Assembly: GCA_964016885.1 (NCBI GenBank)
Contig: OZ024741.1
Coordinates: forward strand, 123,690,001 to 123,754,000
DNA from: Eledone cirrhosa
Taxonomy: Eukaryota
Length of the DNA stretch: 64,000 nucleotides
Direction of reading: 5' to 3'
Shown: positions 17,706 through 30,000 of the stretch, piece after piece
Numbering within the stretch: position 1 is the first letter of the stretch
How the letters are laid out: every line of letters begins with the position of its first letter
Position numbers and translations under genes: made by a program
Notes under the pieces: model-generated
Database searches by the model: none
What the model was told of the DNA's origin: nothing
Seen by the model: the letters and a program-made list of their open reading frames with translations, nothing else

Positions 17706-18552
17706 AATGTATGCAAAAGTAAACGGAAAGAATAACACAAACAACAGAGTACAATGAAGAAATGTATTAGTTTAACGCTTGATATAGTAGGGAAAGCGTT
17801 TCTACAATTCGGACATTAGTCCTTCATCAACAAATAGAAAAAGAAATAAAAGAAGAAATAGAAAGAGAGAGTTAGAAGAGGAAGGAACATTTTTTTGAGA
17901 AAAATAATCGAACAAGAAATCCTTCGTAATATATTCAAATAAAATAAACCATATTTGAAAATAAATATAAATATATATAAAGTTATCTTTATCAATTTTC
18001 GAATATAGGTTTGTGTTTATGACTGCGAAAAGAAAAACGTCTTGTTGTGACCCTTTATATCACGAGTTCAAATCTCACCTTCACCATTTTATGGCTGATA
18101 ACATAAAGTCCCTTTTCACCGAGGGCATCTTCCCCTTTCAGTGTTCTATGGTTGATAAAAGAAGTACCAGTGGAGAACAAGTCTTTAGAGCATCTCCCAA
18201 ATGTATTGGATTATTTGTTGTGAACATTTACGTTATAAGACCTATTGCTACAGCGTTAGTTACCCACTCTATTGAATATTAGCCTACATATGAACAATGG
18301 TATCGCAAGGTGGGGTGACATGGTGTATGAAAAATGAATGGTCTTCCATAGCAGAGAACGGGTAAATATACCAGGTCCATAGATCTCTCCTCATCCTCGA
18401 AGGATGTCTTAGATTGATATGGACCAAATGTAAGTACTGATCCAATATCCGTAGAATCATAACCAGTACTTATGTGTCTGCGTATTTAAGAATCTCTGTG
18501 CCAAATCCAACCTTCCATTTTAAGGATTATCATTATTGTTGTTGTTATTATC

Positions 18553-18559
18553 ATCATTA

Positions 18560-18615
<56 letters not shown>
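18553..18615. repeat. (TTA)n tract; left copy of a 63-bp direct repeat flanking Tx1 copy 1
   Basis: atcattatttttattatt... identical in sequence and length to 24655-24717. Confidence 0.85.
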
Positions 18616-18917
18616 GCATGCTATGGTTGACGGAGGCTCGGCTCTGTAAGGTATTGTAAATGTTGAACACTATAACAATTGTAAATTGTTTAAAACTTTA
18701 ACGAACTTGTAGACAAAAACACCCTCCTCCTCGTGAGAGGGGTCTTTCTGCCCGTTATTTGGCCCTTCGGGTTTAAATAACTGCTTATTGGGGTTTTTTA
18801 CCCAATATTTATTTTAAACAAAAAAAAAACAACATGGCTACGAAAAAGTATTTTCATAGGTAACTCCCACTCATTCCGTCTTCTTCTTCCTCAATCATCA
18901 CTACAGCAGAGAGAAGA

Positions 18918-20939
18918 TTGTCTCTCTCCCTCCCTTCTTTAAATGTGTCTCTCTCCCTCCCTTCTCTTTCGCAAGCGACGAAAGAAAAGAAAAGTCTCGT
19001 GCAAAGCGTGCAAGGTTTCTCCACGACGACGACGACAGCGACGAAACAGGTGTGCGGGAAATACGAAAACCCAGTTCATTCGTCTGACGTCAGGAATAAT
19101 AGCAGTAGCAGCCGTAATAACAACAGCAACAGTGACAATGAAAACAACAGTAGCAGCCGCAACAGCATCACCAGCAGCATAAACAACAACAGCATTAGCA
19201 GCAGCAACACCAACAACAAGCACAGCAACAGCGGCGGAGGCAGTAGTCGTAGTACCTGCAGCAACAACAAAAGTAACAGCAGCTCTGACGACAACAACAA
19301 CAGCAGCAAAGAAAAACCAATCTCATTTGCAGGTATTGCGAATAACTTGGAAACAATCCTCATAACAAATGAGGAATTAGAGGAAGCGAAGAAGATGGTG
19401 ACAAAGAATGTACACCGACCAATCTGCAAGGCAGCGGAAAATTTTTTCGAAACCCAACAGCAATGTACGGTCACGTACCGTACAGTAAGTACAAAATCCC
19501 GTAGGGTGGAAAGAGCCACAGAGGCTCAAATACAAAAAGCCTTGGGGTCTGTGTGGCAGCGGAAAACGCACATCACCCGAGGCAAAAAATATGCCACCGT
19601 AGACGTACTTTTTGCCACACCCCAGGAGGCAAAGGCCCAATCCGTAGTGACCCTAAGGAGCGAGGAAATGGTGTTGGTGCCCTCGTACTGCGGGCAAAAC
19701 ATTGTGAGGGTCAAACTGACCCACGCCCCCCCCCCCCCCGGAATGACCCCTTCTTGGCTGGCCGCGTCTGTCCTCGTCGGAATCGAGGACAAAACAACTG
19801 TACTGCAAGTACAGAAAAAAGTAAGAGAAGATTGGGTCGGCTCCTCCATTGAGATGCTAATCCAAACCAACCAGGAGTGCATCGAAGCTATCCCGGATGT
19901 GATAGACTTCGATAACGGCACTCAACTGCCCATAAGTGTTGAGGGCAAACGCCCGAAATGCTTTCGCTGTGGATCGAAGACTCACCTCAGGGCCTTCTGC
20001 AACGAGAAGACCCTGAGAAAGGAGAAAACCCCCCTCCTTCCGAATCCGGCTCCACGGCTACCAGCAACAGGACAAGCGGCAACCAGGAACGATAGGCCCG
20101 TGGCACCCATACCCACTCCACGGAAATCAAAAACAGCAGCAGCAGTGGAAATACTAACAACAACAACAGCAATACCAAATGCAGCTGCAACAGAGACTCC
20201 AGTGCAAACATCACCAACAACAACAAGTGAAAGAGTGGAGTTGGTACCCCTCCCCGACCTCACAGAATCAGACATGGAGTGTGAGGTGGGAGAGAGATGG
20301 CAAAAGGTCGTAAGAAGGCACAAACGCAGAAGCAGCGCATCGTCGCCTTTGAAAAGTGAGGAAAGAAATGAGAAAAGGGTAAAGTCTACTGCAAAGAGAC
20401 CCACAGCAGCAACAACACCAACACCATCACCACCCACACTAGCGCCACCATCACCACCGGCGACAACCCCACCGCCAACAACACCTTCAACACCACCACC
20501 ACAAGCACCAACATCGCAAACACAACAACAAAACACACACACCCAGCAACAACGACAAGAAAATAGCAGAACCACACCCCACCCCCAGAAAAACAAATGC
20601 ACGGCAATAAATACACACAACAAGAAACTAATGACTTACATAATTGAACACACAGACATTTCACAACAGGACTACATAATACCAGCACCAATCAAAACGC
20701 CAACTAACATAAGACTGCTAAAAATAGCACAGAAACAATACACAAATATTAAAACGAAATTCCCCAACGCAGTTGGTGATTTCAGGGACCTAGGAGGAAC
20801 CATCAATCGAAGAGTATACTCAGACATTCTCTTAGAAGAGCCGACGACCAGCCGAAGGGACGATTCAACGGTCCCTTCACCAGACGATCAAGTGAAAAGG
20901 GATGTAAAAACTATCCCTCCTCTACCAAAAGTACGGTAA
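18918..20939 (+). CDS. ORF1 gag-like nucleic-acid-binding protein (start codon uncertain)
   Basis: 673 open codons with CX2CX4HX4C knuckle CFRCGSKTHLRAFC and S/N- and P/T-rich tracts; the annotated start is TTG. Confidence 0.85.
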   Translation: MSLSLPSLNVSLSLPSLSQATKEKKSLVQSVQGFSTTTTTATKQVCGKYENPVHSSDVRNNSSSSRNNNSNSDNENNSSSRNSITSSINNNSISSSNTNNKHSNSGGGSSRSTCSNNKSNSSSDDNNNSSKEKPISFAGIANNLETILITNEELEEAKKMVTKNVHRPICKAAENFFETQQQCTVTYRTVSTKSRRVERATEAQIQKALGSVWQRKTHITRGKKYATVDVLFATPQEAKAQSVVTLRSEEMVLVPSYCGQNIVRVKLTHAPPPPGMTPSWLAASVLVGIEDKTTVLQVQKKVREDWVGSSIEMLIQTNQECIEAIPDVIDFDNGTQLPISVEGKRPKCFRCGSKTHLRAFCNEKTLRKEKTPLLPNPAPRLPATGQAATRNDRPVAPIPTPRKSKTAAAVEILTTTTAIPNAAATETPVQTSPTTTSERVELVPLPDLTESDMECEVGERWQKVVRRHKRRSSASSPLKSEERNEKRVKSTAKRPTAATTPTPSPPTLAPPSPPATTPPPTTPSTPPPQAPTSQTQQQNTHTQQQRQENSRTTPHPQKNKCTAINTHNKKLMTYIIEHTDISQQDYIIPAPIKTPTNIRLLKIAQKQYTNIKTKFPNAVGDFRDLGGTINRRVYSDILLEEPTTSRRDDSTVPSPDDQVKRDVKTIPPLPKVR

Positions 20940-20974
20940 GTGGTCTTTCCCATCTTTTCCACTCTATTTTAAAC

Positions 20975-23900
20975 ATGACCTCACTCAGAATAGGCAGCAT
21001 AAATGCGCGTGGCTTGGGGTCGTCATGGAAGCAGGGTCACCTGCTCAACGACCTCAGGTCACTAAACATAGATGTAGTGGCCATCAGCGAGACCAGAATC
21101 TCCGAAGCACGGGCCTTCGCACCGATCTTCGGCGGCTTCGATGTGTACGCATCTCCCAGCCGTCCTGGATCCGGTGGAGGAGTTGCTGTGCTTTTTCGGA
21201 GAGGTTTGGATCTCGCCATACGGGCTATCTTCCTGGACCCAGAGGGTAAGCTGGTGGTGCTGGACGTGACCAGCGGAGACGGGCAAGCTTTCAGGCTAGT
21301 GGCCGTCTATGCCCCGACAGGAGCAGGGCGGCCTGATTTCTTCCGGCGTCTGGAGACCTTTCTTGGAACGTCCCGCTCTTTAGTGTTAGTGGGCGACTGG
21401 AACGGGATCTTAGATGCACGCTGGGACTGTGTGGGATTAGCGGATAGGGGTGGAGGGTGCAAGAGCCTCACCAACCTGCTCAGGCGTTTTGAACTGTCTG
21501 ACAGGTACCGATTGGATTTCCCGAATGTGCCAATGTGGACTTGGACAAACCGCATAGGGTCATCCAGATCATATCTAGATAGAGTATTTTGTAGGGAAAT
21601 AGATAGGTCTAGCATAGGCTGTCCACAATTCAAAATAGTCAGCTACACGGACCACAAATTCGTGATCTGTGTGCTTGACATAGATAGGCTTCATAGACGA
21701 GGACCCGGCTACTGGAAGCTAAACGCGTCCTTACCAGCGCGCAAGGCCTACAGAGACCGGATTAGCGAACTAGTTAAGCGGGCGTTGACGGGGGCCATCG
21801 TCAACAACAAGTGGTGGTTTGCTCTGAAAAGAGCGATTAGAATAGAATCGATTAGGTTTAGTAAGGCTTTAGCAATAGAGAAAAATAGAGCAGAGGGAGA
21901 ACTAGTTAGAAAATTAGACGAGGCGCTTAGCAAAGGCATTGCGACCGACGTGCTTGCGGCGAAATTGGCCCTTGACCAATTCTTCAATGCAAAGCACGAA
22001 GGCTGCGTTGTCAGAGCTAGGGTGCGTGCTCTCAGACACGAGGGGACGAAAGCCGTTCAATGGGCCCGAGTGGCGGAGGCGCGTCGTGGCAACAAAGCCA
22101 CGATCCGGTCTTTGGTGGACCACGACGGGCGCATGCTACTCGATCCCGGGCAAATGTGTGAAGCTTTTCAGCGACACTTCGCTCAGCTGTTCGGGGGCAG
22201 CGGGGGGCCGGGTAGAGGGATGGACTTTAGTGTCTACCTCGACGGACTGCCGCGGCTCTCGGCCACTGAGGCGAAGTGTTGCGAAAAGCCGATAACAGCC
22301 GCTGAAGTACGGGAGGCAATGACTGGCTGCACAAGGGGTAAATCGCCTGGTTTGGATGGTCTGCCCTATGAACTTTACGTACAGATGCCAGACTTGTTCG
22401 GAGGCCTCTTGGTGGACGTCTACTGCAACTGGCAACAGAACGGGAGAATTCCCAGTTCTGTGAGCCGAGGAGCGGTGGCACTGCTGAGAAAGGATCCGAA
22501 CAAGGGGGATAACATAGACAATTTCCGGCCCATAACTCTGCTAAACACAGAGTTTAAGATTTTGGCCAAGGTGCTAGCAAAGAGGTTGGCGCTTGTCGTT
22601 GGTGGTCTGGTGGGAGAGGCGCAGACATGCGCCATTCCCGACAGATCCATCCACGACAACCTCCACCTCATGCGATACATCGTAGAGAGGGTAGCTAGGG
22701 AACATGGCACGGGTGGGTCCTTGATCAATTTAGATCAGTCGAAAGCTTTCGATAGGGTCGACCATCGTTACCTAGCGGCAGTCCTGAGGGCGGCTGGCTT
22801 TGGGCCCGTCTTCAGAGGCTGGATCGCTGCCATGCACAGCGACATCTGCTCTGTGGTGAGAGTGAACGGTCACCTGTCGGAACCGTTCAACATCATGCGC
22901 TCGGTCCGCCAAGGATGTCCCCTCTCGTCCCTCTTGTACGTATTGACTCTCGAGCCATTACTGCACAAACTGGAGACGTTGAGGGGAGTCCCGCGCGAAC
23001 TAGGATGCGGAAGATCCGTGTCAGCATATGCGGACGATGTCACCGTAGTGGTGTCGAACGCCAAACACATCGAGGCGATCGGCACTACACTAAGAGAATA
23101 CGAAGCGGTGACAGGAGCAATGATCAACCAGGAAAAGTCAGTGGGCCTGCAGCTCGGCACCTGGAGAGGCAGGTCCATGCCGTCCAACAGCGTCGTCGGG
23201 CGCTGGACGGACGGACCGGTTAAATTGCTAGGGGTCTGGTTCGGTCCGGACCTCCAGACGGACAAAAACTGGGACGAGGTGACGAGCAGGGTGGCTTCTC
23301 TCACCCAGAAATGGGCGGAGAGGAAGCTATCCCTGAAAGGTCGAGCGGAGGTGGCTAACGCGTACATCGCGTCTGTCATCTGCTACCGCCTAACCGTCGT
23401 ACCTTGTCCTAAGCCTCGCCTGACTGCGCTGGAGCGTTTGCTCTTTCGCTTTTTGTGGAAGGGACGTGCTCCGATGGTCAGGCGGTCCATCTGTTGTCAA
23501 CACCCGCTACGTGGAGGGCTGGGCATGCCGTGGCTGATGATGCGCAGGCACGCGCTCAGGCTACGACATCTCCACCTCTTCCTCGACGGTGATCAGGTGT
23601 GGTCGCCGTTTGCTAGACGCGTTTTTCCCCAGCTCGTTTCCTTGACGGAGCTGCAGTCCTGGGTCAAGCGAAGACCGAGAGGGAGCGCCTGGAGACTGGA
23701 ATGTCTTCAGGCGCTCACAGCCCTCGACCAATCGGGCAATGTGATCGGTGGAAACTCCACCTCGGCGTTCTATAGAGGATTAGTGGAGGGGAAGAGCGAC
23801 GACGTACTTGGGGAAACTCTAGGCGTCGACGAAAATCAACTAGCCAATCTCTTCGGAAGAACCTTCGGGCCAGGGCCTATGGACAACTTCCAGAAATCTC

Positions 23901-24076
23901 TGGCCTGGCAGTGCTACCGAGGAGCCTTGCCAGTTCGGGATAAACTCTACAGGCATGGAGGTGCCGTCAGCCGGGCATGTCCGAGATGCGCGCAGGGCGA
24001 CGAAACCGTCCTGCACGCACTCGTCCAGTGTCCGAAAATTGCTGACTTGTGGGTTTATGTCGAACACCTGCTGTAG
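20975..24076 (+). pseudogene. ORF2 APE-RT polyprotein with premature stop (TCG>TAG), 106 aa shorter than copy 2
   Basis: APE motifs (INARG, SETR, GDWN, SYLDR, TDH); RT motifs (FRPITLLN, DQSKAFD, QGCPLS, YADD); CPRC..H..C; frame resumes to 24394. Confidence 0.9.
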
Positions 24077-24661
24077 CGTTTAGGACGGATCCAGCTATCA
24101 TCTGAGTCTATCGTGAGGATTGCCCCGCCCTCCTCCTTTAGCCGGGAAGGGCAGGCAGTTTTTATCTGTCTGGTGGCCATGGCGAAAGAGATAGTATGGT
24201 GGACACGTTTGAAAGGGCTGAAGACGAGCACTTACCTCTTCGGTGATGCTCTGATTGACTTTTTCAAATTTCATTTGAAAAGGAAAATCAGAGTAGAGAA
24301 GGAAGTGCTCTCTTCCCAGCATTTTGTTGAAAGATGGGTGAGAGAAGCAAGAATGGCCCGAGTGAATGGGCCGACTCTGAGTATACATCTGTAAACTAAA
24401 GGTGGAAAACTGGGAGAGGGCACTTGCCTTGGTGGTCAGGGTCATTGTGGCTTTTTACTGGGCTTTCTCCACAAATGTCCCTCCGAAGTCTCCCCCCTAT
24501 TGGGGAATTTTTCATTGTTATTTTCATTGTTATTTTTGTTACATCCTCTATTTTTGTTTTTTTTACACGCAGAAATGCCCATTTGTACCGTCCTGCATTG
24601 TCCTGCACTGTCCTTAATGTCTACTTTATGTAAACCCTTGTGGTTAATAAAGAAATCATTA

Positions 24662-24717
<56 letters not shown>

Positions 24718-25019
24718 GCATGCTATGGTTGACGGAGGCTCGGCTCTGTAAGGTATTGTAAATGTTGAACACTATAACAATTGTAAATTGTTTAAAACTT
24801 TAACGAACTTGTAGACAAAAACACCCTCCTCCTCGTGAGAGGGGTCTTTCTGCCCGTTATTTGGCCCTTCGGGTTTAAATAACTGCTTATTGGGGTTTTT
24901 TACCCAATATTTATTTTAAACAAAAAAAAAACAACATGGCTACGAAAAAGTATTTTCATAGGTAACTCCCACTCATTCCGTCTTCTTCTTCCTCAATCAT
25001 CACTACAGCAGAGAGAAGA

Positions 25020-27042
25020 TTGTCTCTCTCCCTCCCTTCTTTAAATGTGTCTCTCTCCCTCCCTTCTCTTTCGCAAGCGACGAAAGAAAAGAAAAGTCTC
25101 GTGCAAAGCGTGCAAGGTTTCTCCACGACGACGACGACAGCGACGAAACAGGTGTGCGGGAAATACGAAAACCCAGTTCATTCGTCTGACGTCAGGAATA
25201 ATAGCAGTAGCAGCCGTAATAACAACAGCAACAGTGACAATGAAAACAACAGTAGCAGCCGCAACAGCATCACCAGCAGCATAAACAACAACAGCATTAG
25301 CAGCAGCAACACCAACAACAAGCACAGCAACAGCGGCGGAGGCAGTAGTCGTAGTACCTGCAGCAACAACAAAAGTAACAGCAGCTCTGACGACAACAAC
25401 AACAGCAGCAAAGAAAAACCAATCTCATTTGCAGGTATTGCGAATAACTTGGAAACAATCCTCATAACAAATGAGGAATTAGAGGAAGCGAAGAAGATGG
25501 TGACAAAGAATGTACACCGACCAATCTGCAAGGCAGCGGAAAATTTTTTCGAAACCCAACAGCAATGTACGGTCACGTACCGTACAGTAAGTACAAAATC
25601 CCGTAGGGTGGAAAGAGCCACAGAGGCTCAAATACAAAAAGCCTTGGGGTCTGTGTGGCAGCGGAAAACGCACATCACCCGAGGCAAAAAATATGCCACC
25701 GTAGACGTACTTTTTGCCACACCCCAGGAGGCAAAGGCCCAATCCGTAGTGACCCTAAGGAGCGAGGAAATGGTGTTGGTGCCCTCGTACTGCGGGCAAA
25801 ACATTGTGAGGGTCAAACTGACCCACGCCCCCCCCCCCCCCCGGAATGACCCCTTCTTGGCTGGCCGCGTCTGTCCTCGTCGGAATCGAGGACAAAACAA
25901 CTGTACTGCAAGTACAGAAAAAAGTAAGAGAAGATTGGGTCGGCTCCTCCATTGAGATGCTAATCCAAACCAACCAGGAGTGCATCGAAGCTATCCCGGA
26001 TGTGATAGACTTCGATAACGGCACTCAACTGCCCATAAGTGTTGAGGGCAAACGCCCGAAATGCTTTCGCTGTGGATCGAAGACTCACCTCAGGGCCTTC
26101 TGCAACGAGAAGACCCTGAGAAAGGAGAAAACCCCCCTCCTTCCGAATCCGGCTCCACGGCTACCAGCAACAGGACAAGCGGCAACCAGGAACGATAGGC
26201 CCGTGGCACCCATACCCACTCCACGGAAATCAAAAACAGCAGCAGCAGTGGAAATACTAACAACAACAACAGCAATACCAAATGCAGCTGCAACAGAGAC
26301 TCCAGTGCAAACATCACCAACAACAACAAGTGAAAGAGTGGAGTTGGTACCCCTCCCCGACCTCACAGAATCAGACATGGAGTGTGAGGTGGGAGAGAGA
26401 TGGCAAAAGGTCGTAAGAAGGCACAAACGCAGAAGCAGCGCATCGTCGCCTTTGAAAAGTGAGGAAAGAAATGAGAAAAGGGTAAAGTCTACTGCAAAGA
26501 GACCCACAGCAGCAACAACACCAACACCATCACCACCCACACTAGCGCCACCATCACCACCGGCGACAACCCCACCGCCAACAACACCTTCAACACCACC
26601 ACCACAAGCACCAACATCGCAAACACAACAACAAAACACACACACCCAGCAACAACGACAAGAAAATAGCAGAACCACACCCCACCCCCAGAAAAACAAA
26701 TGCACGGCAATAAATACACACAACAAGAAACTAATGACTTACATAATTGAACACACAGACATTTCACAACAGGACTACATAATACCAGCACCAATCAAAA
26801 CGCCAACTAACATAAGACTGCTAAAAATAGCACAGAAACAATACACAAATATTAAAACGAAATTCCCCAACGCAGTTGGTGATTTCAGGGACCTAGGAGG
26901 AACCATCAATCGAAGAGTATACTCAGACATTCTCTTAGAAGAGCCGACGACCAGCCGAAGGGACGATTCAACGGTCCCTTCACCAGACGATCAAGTGAAA
27001 AGGGATGTAAAAACTATCCCTCCTCTACCAAAAGTACGGTAA
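25020..27042 (+). pseudogene. ORF1 with +1 frameshift in a poly-C tract (possibly a sequencing error)
   Basis: C15 at 25828-25842 versus C14 in copy 1; split ORFs 25020-25955 and 25846-27042. Confidence 0.75.
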
Positions 27043-27077
27043 GTGGTCTTTCCCATCTTTTCCACTCTATTTTAAAC

Positions 27078-30000
27078 ATGACCTCACTCAGAATAGGCAG
27101 CATAAATGCGCGTGGCTTGGGGTCGTCATGGAAGCAGGGTCACCTGCTCAACGACCTCAGGTCACTAAACATAGATGTAGTGGCCATCAGCGAGACCAGA
27201 ATCTCCGAAGCACGGGCCTTCGCACCGATCTTCGGCGGCTTCGATGTGTACGCATCTCCCAGCCGTCCTGGATCCGGTGGAGGAGTTGCTGTGCTTTTTC
27301 GGAGAGGTTTGGATCTCGCCATACGGGCTATCTTCCTGGACCCAGAGGGTAAGCTGGTGGTGCTGGACGTGACCAGCGGAGACGGGCAAGCTTTCAGGCT
27401 AGTGGCCGTCTATGCCCCGACAGGAGCAGGGCGGCCTGATTTCTTCCGGCGTCTGGAGACCTTTCTTGGAACGTCCCGCTCTTTAGTGTTAGTGGGCGAC
27501 TGGAACGGGATCTTAGATGCACGCTGGGACTGTGTGGGATTAGCGGATAGGGGTGGAGGGTGCAAGAGCCTCACCAACCTGCTCAGGCGTTTTGAACTGT
27601 CTGACAGGTACCGATTGGATTTCCCGAATGTGCCAATGTGGACTTGGACAAACCGCATAGGGTCATCCAGATCATATCTAGATAGAGTATTTTGTAGGGA
27701 AATAGATAGGTCTAGCATAGGCTGTCCACAATTCAAAATAGTCAGCTACACGGACCACAAATTCGTGATCTGTGTGCTTGACATAGATAGGCTTCATAGA
27801 CGAGGACCCGGCTACTGGAAGCTAAACGCGTCCTTACCAGCGCGCAAGGCCTACAGAGACCGGATTAGCGAACTAGTTAAGCGGGCGTTGACGGGGGCCA
27901 TCGTCAACAACAAGTGGTGGTTTGCTCTGAAAAGAGCGATTAGAATAGAATCGATTAGGTTTAGTAAGGCTTTAGCAATAGAGAAAAATAGAGCAGAGGG
28001 AGAACTAGTTAGAAAATTAGACGAGGCGCTTAGCAAAGGCATTGCGACCGACGTGCTTGCGGCGAAATTGGCCCTTGACCAATTCTTCAATGCAAAGCAC
28101 GAAGGCTGCGTTGTCAGAGCTAGGGTGCGTGCTCTCAGACACGAGGGGACGAAAGCCGTTCAATGGGCCCGAGTGGCGGAGGCGCGTCGTGGCAACAAAG
28201 CCACGATCCGGTCTTTGGTGGACCACGACGGGCGCATGCTACTCGATCCCGGGCAAATGTGTGAAGCTTTTCAGCGACACTTCGCTCAGCTGTTCGGGGG
28301 CAGCGGGGGGCCGGGTAGAGGGATGGACTTTAGTGTCTACCTCGACGGACTGCCGCGGCTCTCGGCCACTGAGGCGAAGTGTTGCGAAAAGCCGATAACA
28401 GCCGCTGAAGTACGGGAGGCAATGACTGGCTGCACAAGGGGTAAATCGCCTGGTTTGGATGGTCTGCCCTATGAACTTTACGTACAGATGCCAGACTTGT
28501 TCGGAGGCCTCTTGGTGGACGTCTACTGCAACTGGCAACAGAACGGGAGAATTCCCAGTTCTGTGAGCCGAGGAGCGGTGGCACTGCTGAGAAAGGATCC
28601 GAACAAGGGGGATAACATAGACAATTTCCGGCCCATAACTCTGCTAAACACAGAGTTTAAGATTTTGGCCAAGGTGCTAGCAAAGAGGTTGGCGCTTGTC
28701 GTTGGTGGTCTGGTGGGAGAGGCGCAGACATGCGCCATTCCCGACAGATCCATCCACGACAACCTCCACCTCATGCGATACATCGTAGAGAGGGTAGCTA
28801 GGGAACATGGCACGGGTGGGTCCTTGATCAATTTAGATCAGTCGAAAGCTTTCGATAGGGTCGACCATCGTTACCTAGCGGCAGTCCTGAGGGCGGCTGG
28901 CTTTGGGCCCGTCTTCAGAGGCTGGATCGCTGCCATGCACAGCGACATCTGCTCTGTGGTGAGAGTGAACGGTCACCTGTCGGAACCGTTCAACATCATG
29001 CGCTCGGTCCGCCAAGGATGTCCCCTCTCGTCCCTCTTGTACGTATTGACTCTCGAGCCATTACTGCACAAACTGGAGACGTTGAGGGGAGTCCCGCGCG
29101 AACTAGGATGCGGAAGATCCGTGTCAGCATATGCGGACGATGTCACCGTAGTGGTGTCGAACGCCAAACACATCGAGGCGATCGGCACTACACTAAGAGA
29201 ATACGAAGCGGTGACAGGAGCAATGATCAACCAGGAAAAGTCAGTGGGCCTGCAGCTCGGCACCTGGAGAGGCAGGTCCATGCCGTCCAACAGCGTCGTC
29301 GGGCGCTGGACGGACGGACCGGTTAAATTGCTAGGGGTCTGGTTCGGTCCGGACCTCCAGACGGACAAAAACTGGGACGAGGTGACGAGCAGGGTGGCTT
29401 CTCTCACCCAGAAATGGGCGGAGAGGAAGCTATCCCTGAAAGGTCGAGCGGAGGTGGCTAACGCGTACATCGCGTCTGTCATCTGCTACCGCCTAACCGT
29501 CGTACCTTGTCCTAAGCCTCGCCTGACTGCGCTGGAGCGTTTGCTCTTTCGCTTTTTGTGGAAGGGACGTGCTCCGATGGTCAGGCGGTCCATCTGTTGT
29601 CAACACCCGCTACGTGGAGGGCTGGGCATGCCGTGGCTGATGATGCGCAGGCACGCGCTCAGGCTACGACATCTCCACCTCTTCCTCGACGGTGATCAGG
29701 TGTGGTCGCCGTTTGCTAGACGCGTTTTTCCCCAGCTCGTTTCCTTGACGGAGCTGCAGTCCTGGGTCAAGCGAAGACCGAGAGGGAGCGCCTGGAGACT
29801 GGAATGTCTTCAGGCGCTCACAGCCCTCGACCAATCGGGCAATGTGATCGGTGGAAACTCCACCTCGGCGTTCTATAGAGGATTAGTGGAGGGGAAGAGC
29901 GACGACGTACTTGGGGAAACTCTAGGCGTCGACGAAAATCAACTAGCCAATCTCTTCGGAAGAACTTTCGGGCCAGGGCCTATGGACAACTTCCAGAAAT

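Larger units (their letters stand above)
18616..24654 (+). mobile_element. Full-length L1/Tx1-type non-LTR retrotransposon, copy 1
   Basis: 5' UTR + ORF1 (zinc knuckle) + ORF2 (APE, RT, Cys/His finger) + 3' UTR with AATAAA at 24646; period 6102 bp to copy 2. Confidence 0.93.

Noticed and set aside
18860-19332. Intron (AG|GTAACT donor at 18860) bypassing the TAA to join ATG 18834 to ORF1
   Set aside because: The donor is phase 2, but the plausible acceptors ending at 18906, 18909, 18975 and 19332 all require phase 1, so the ORF1 frame is not restored.
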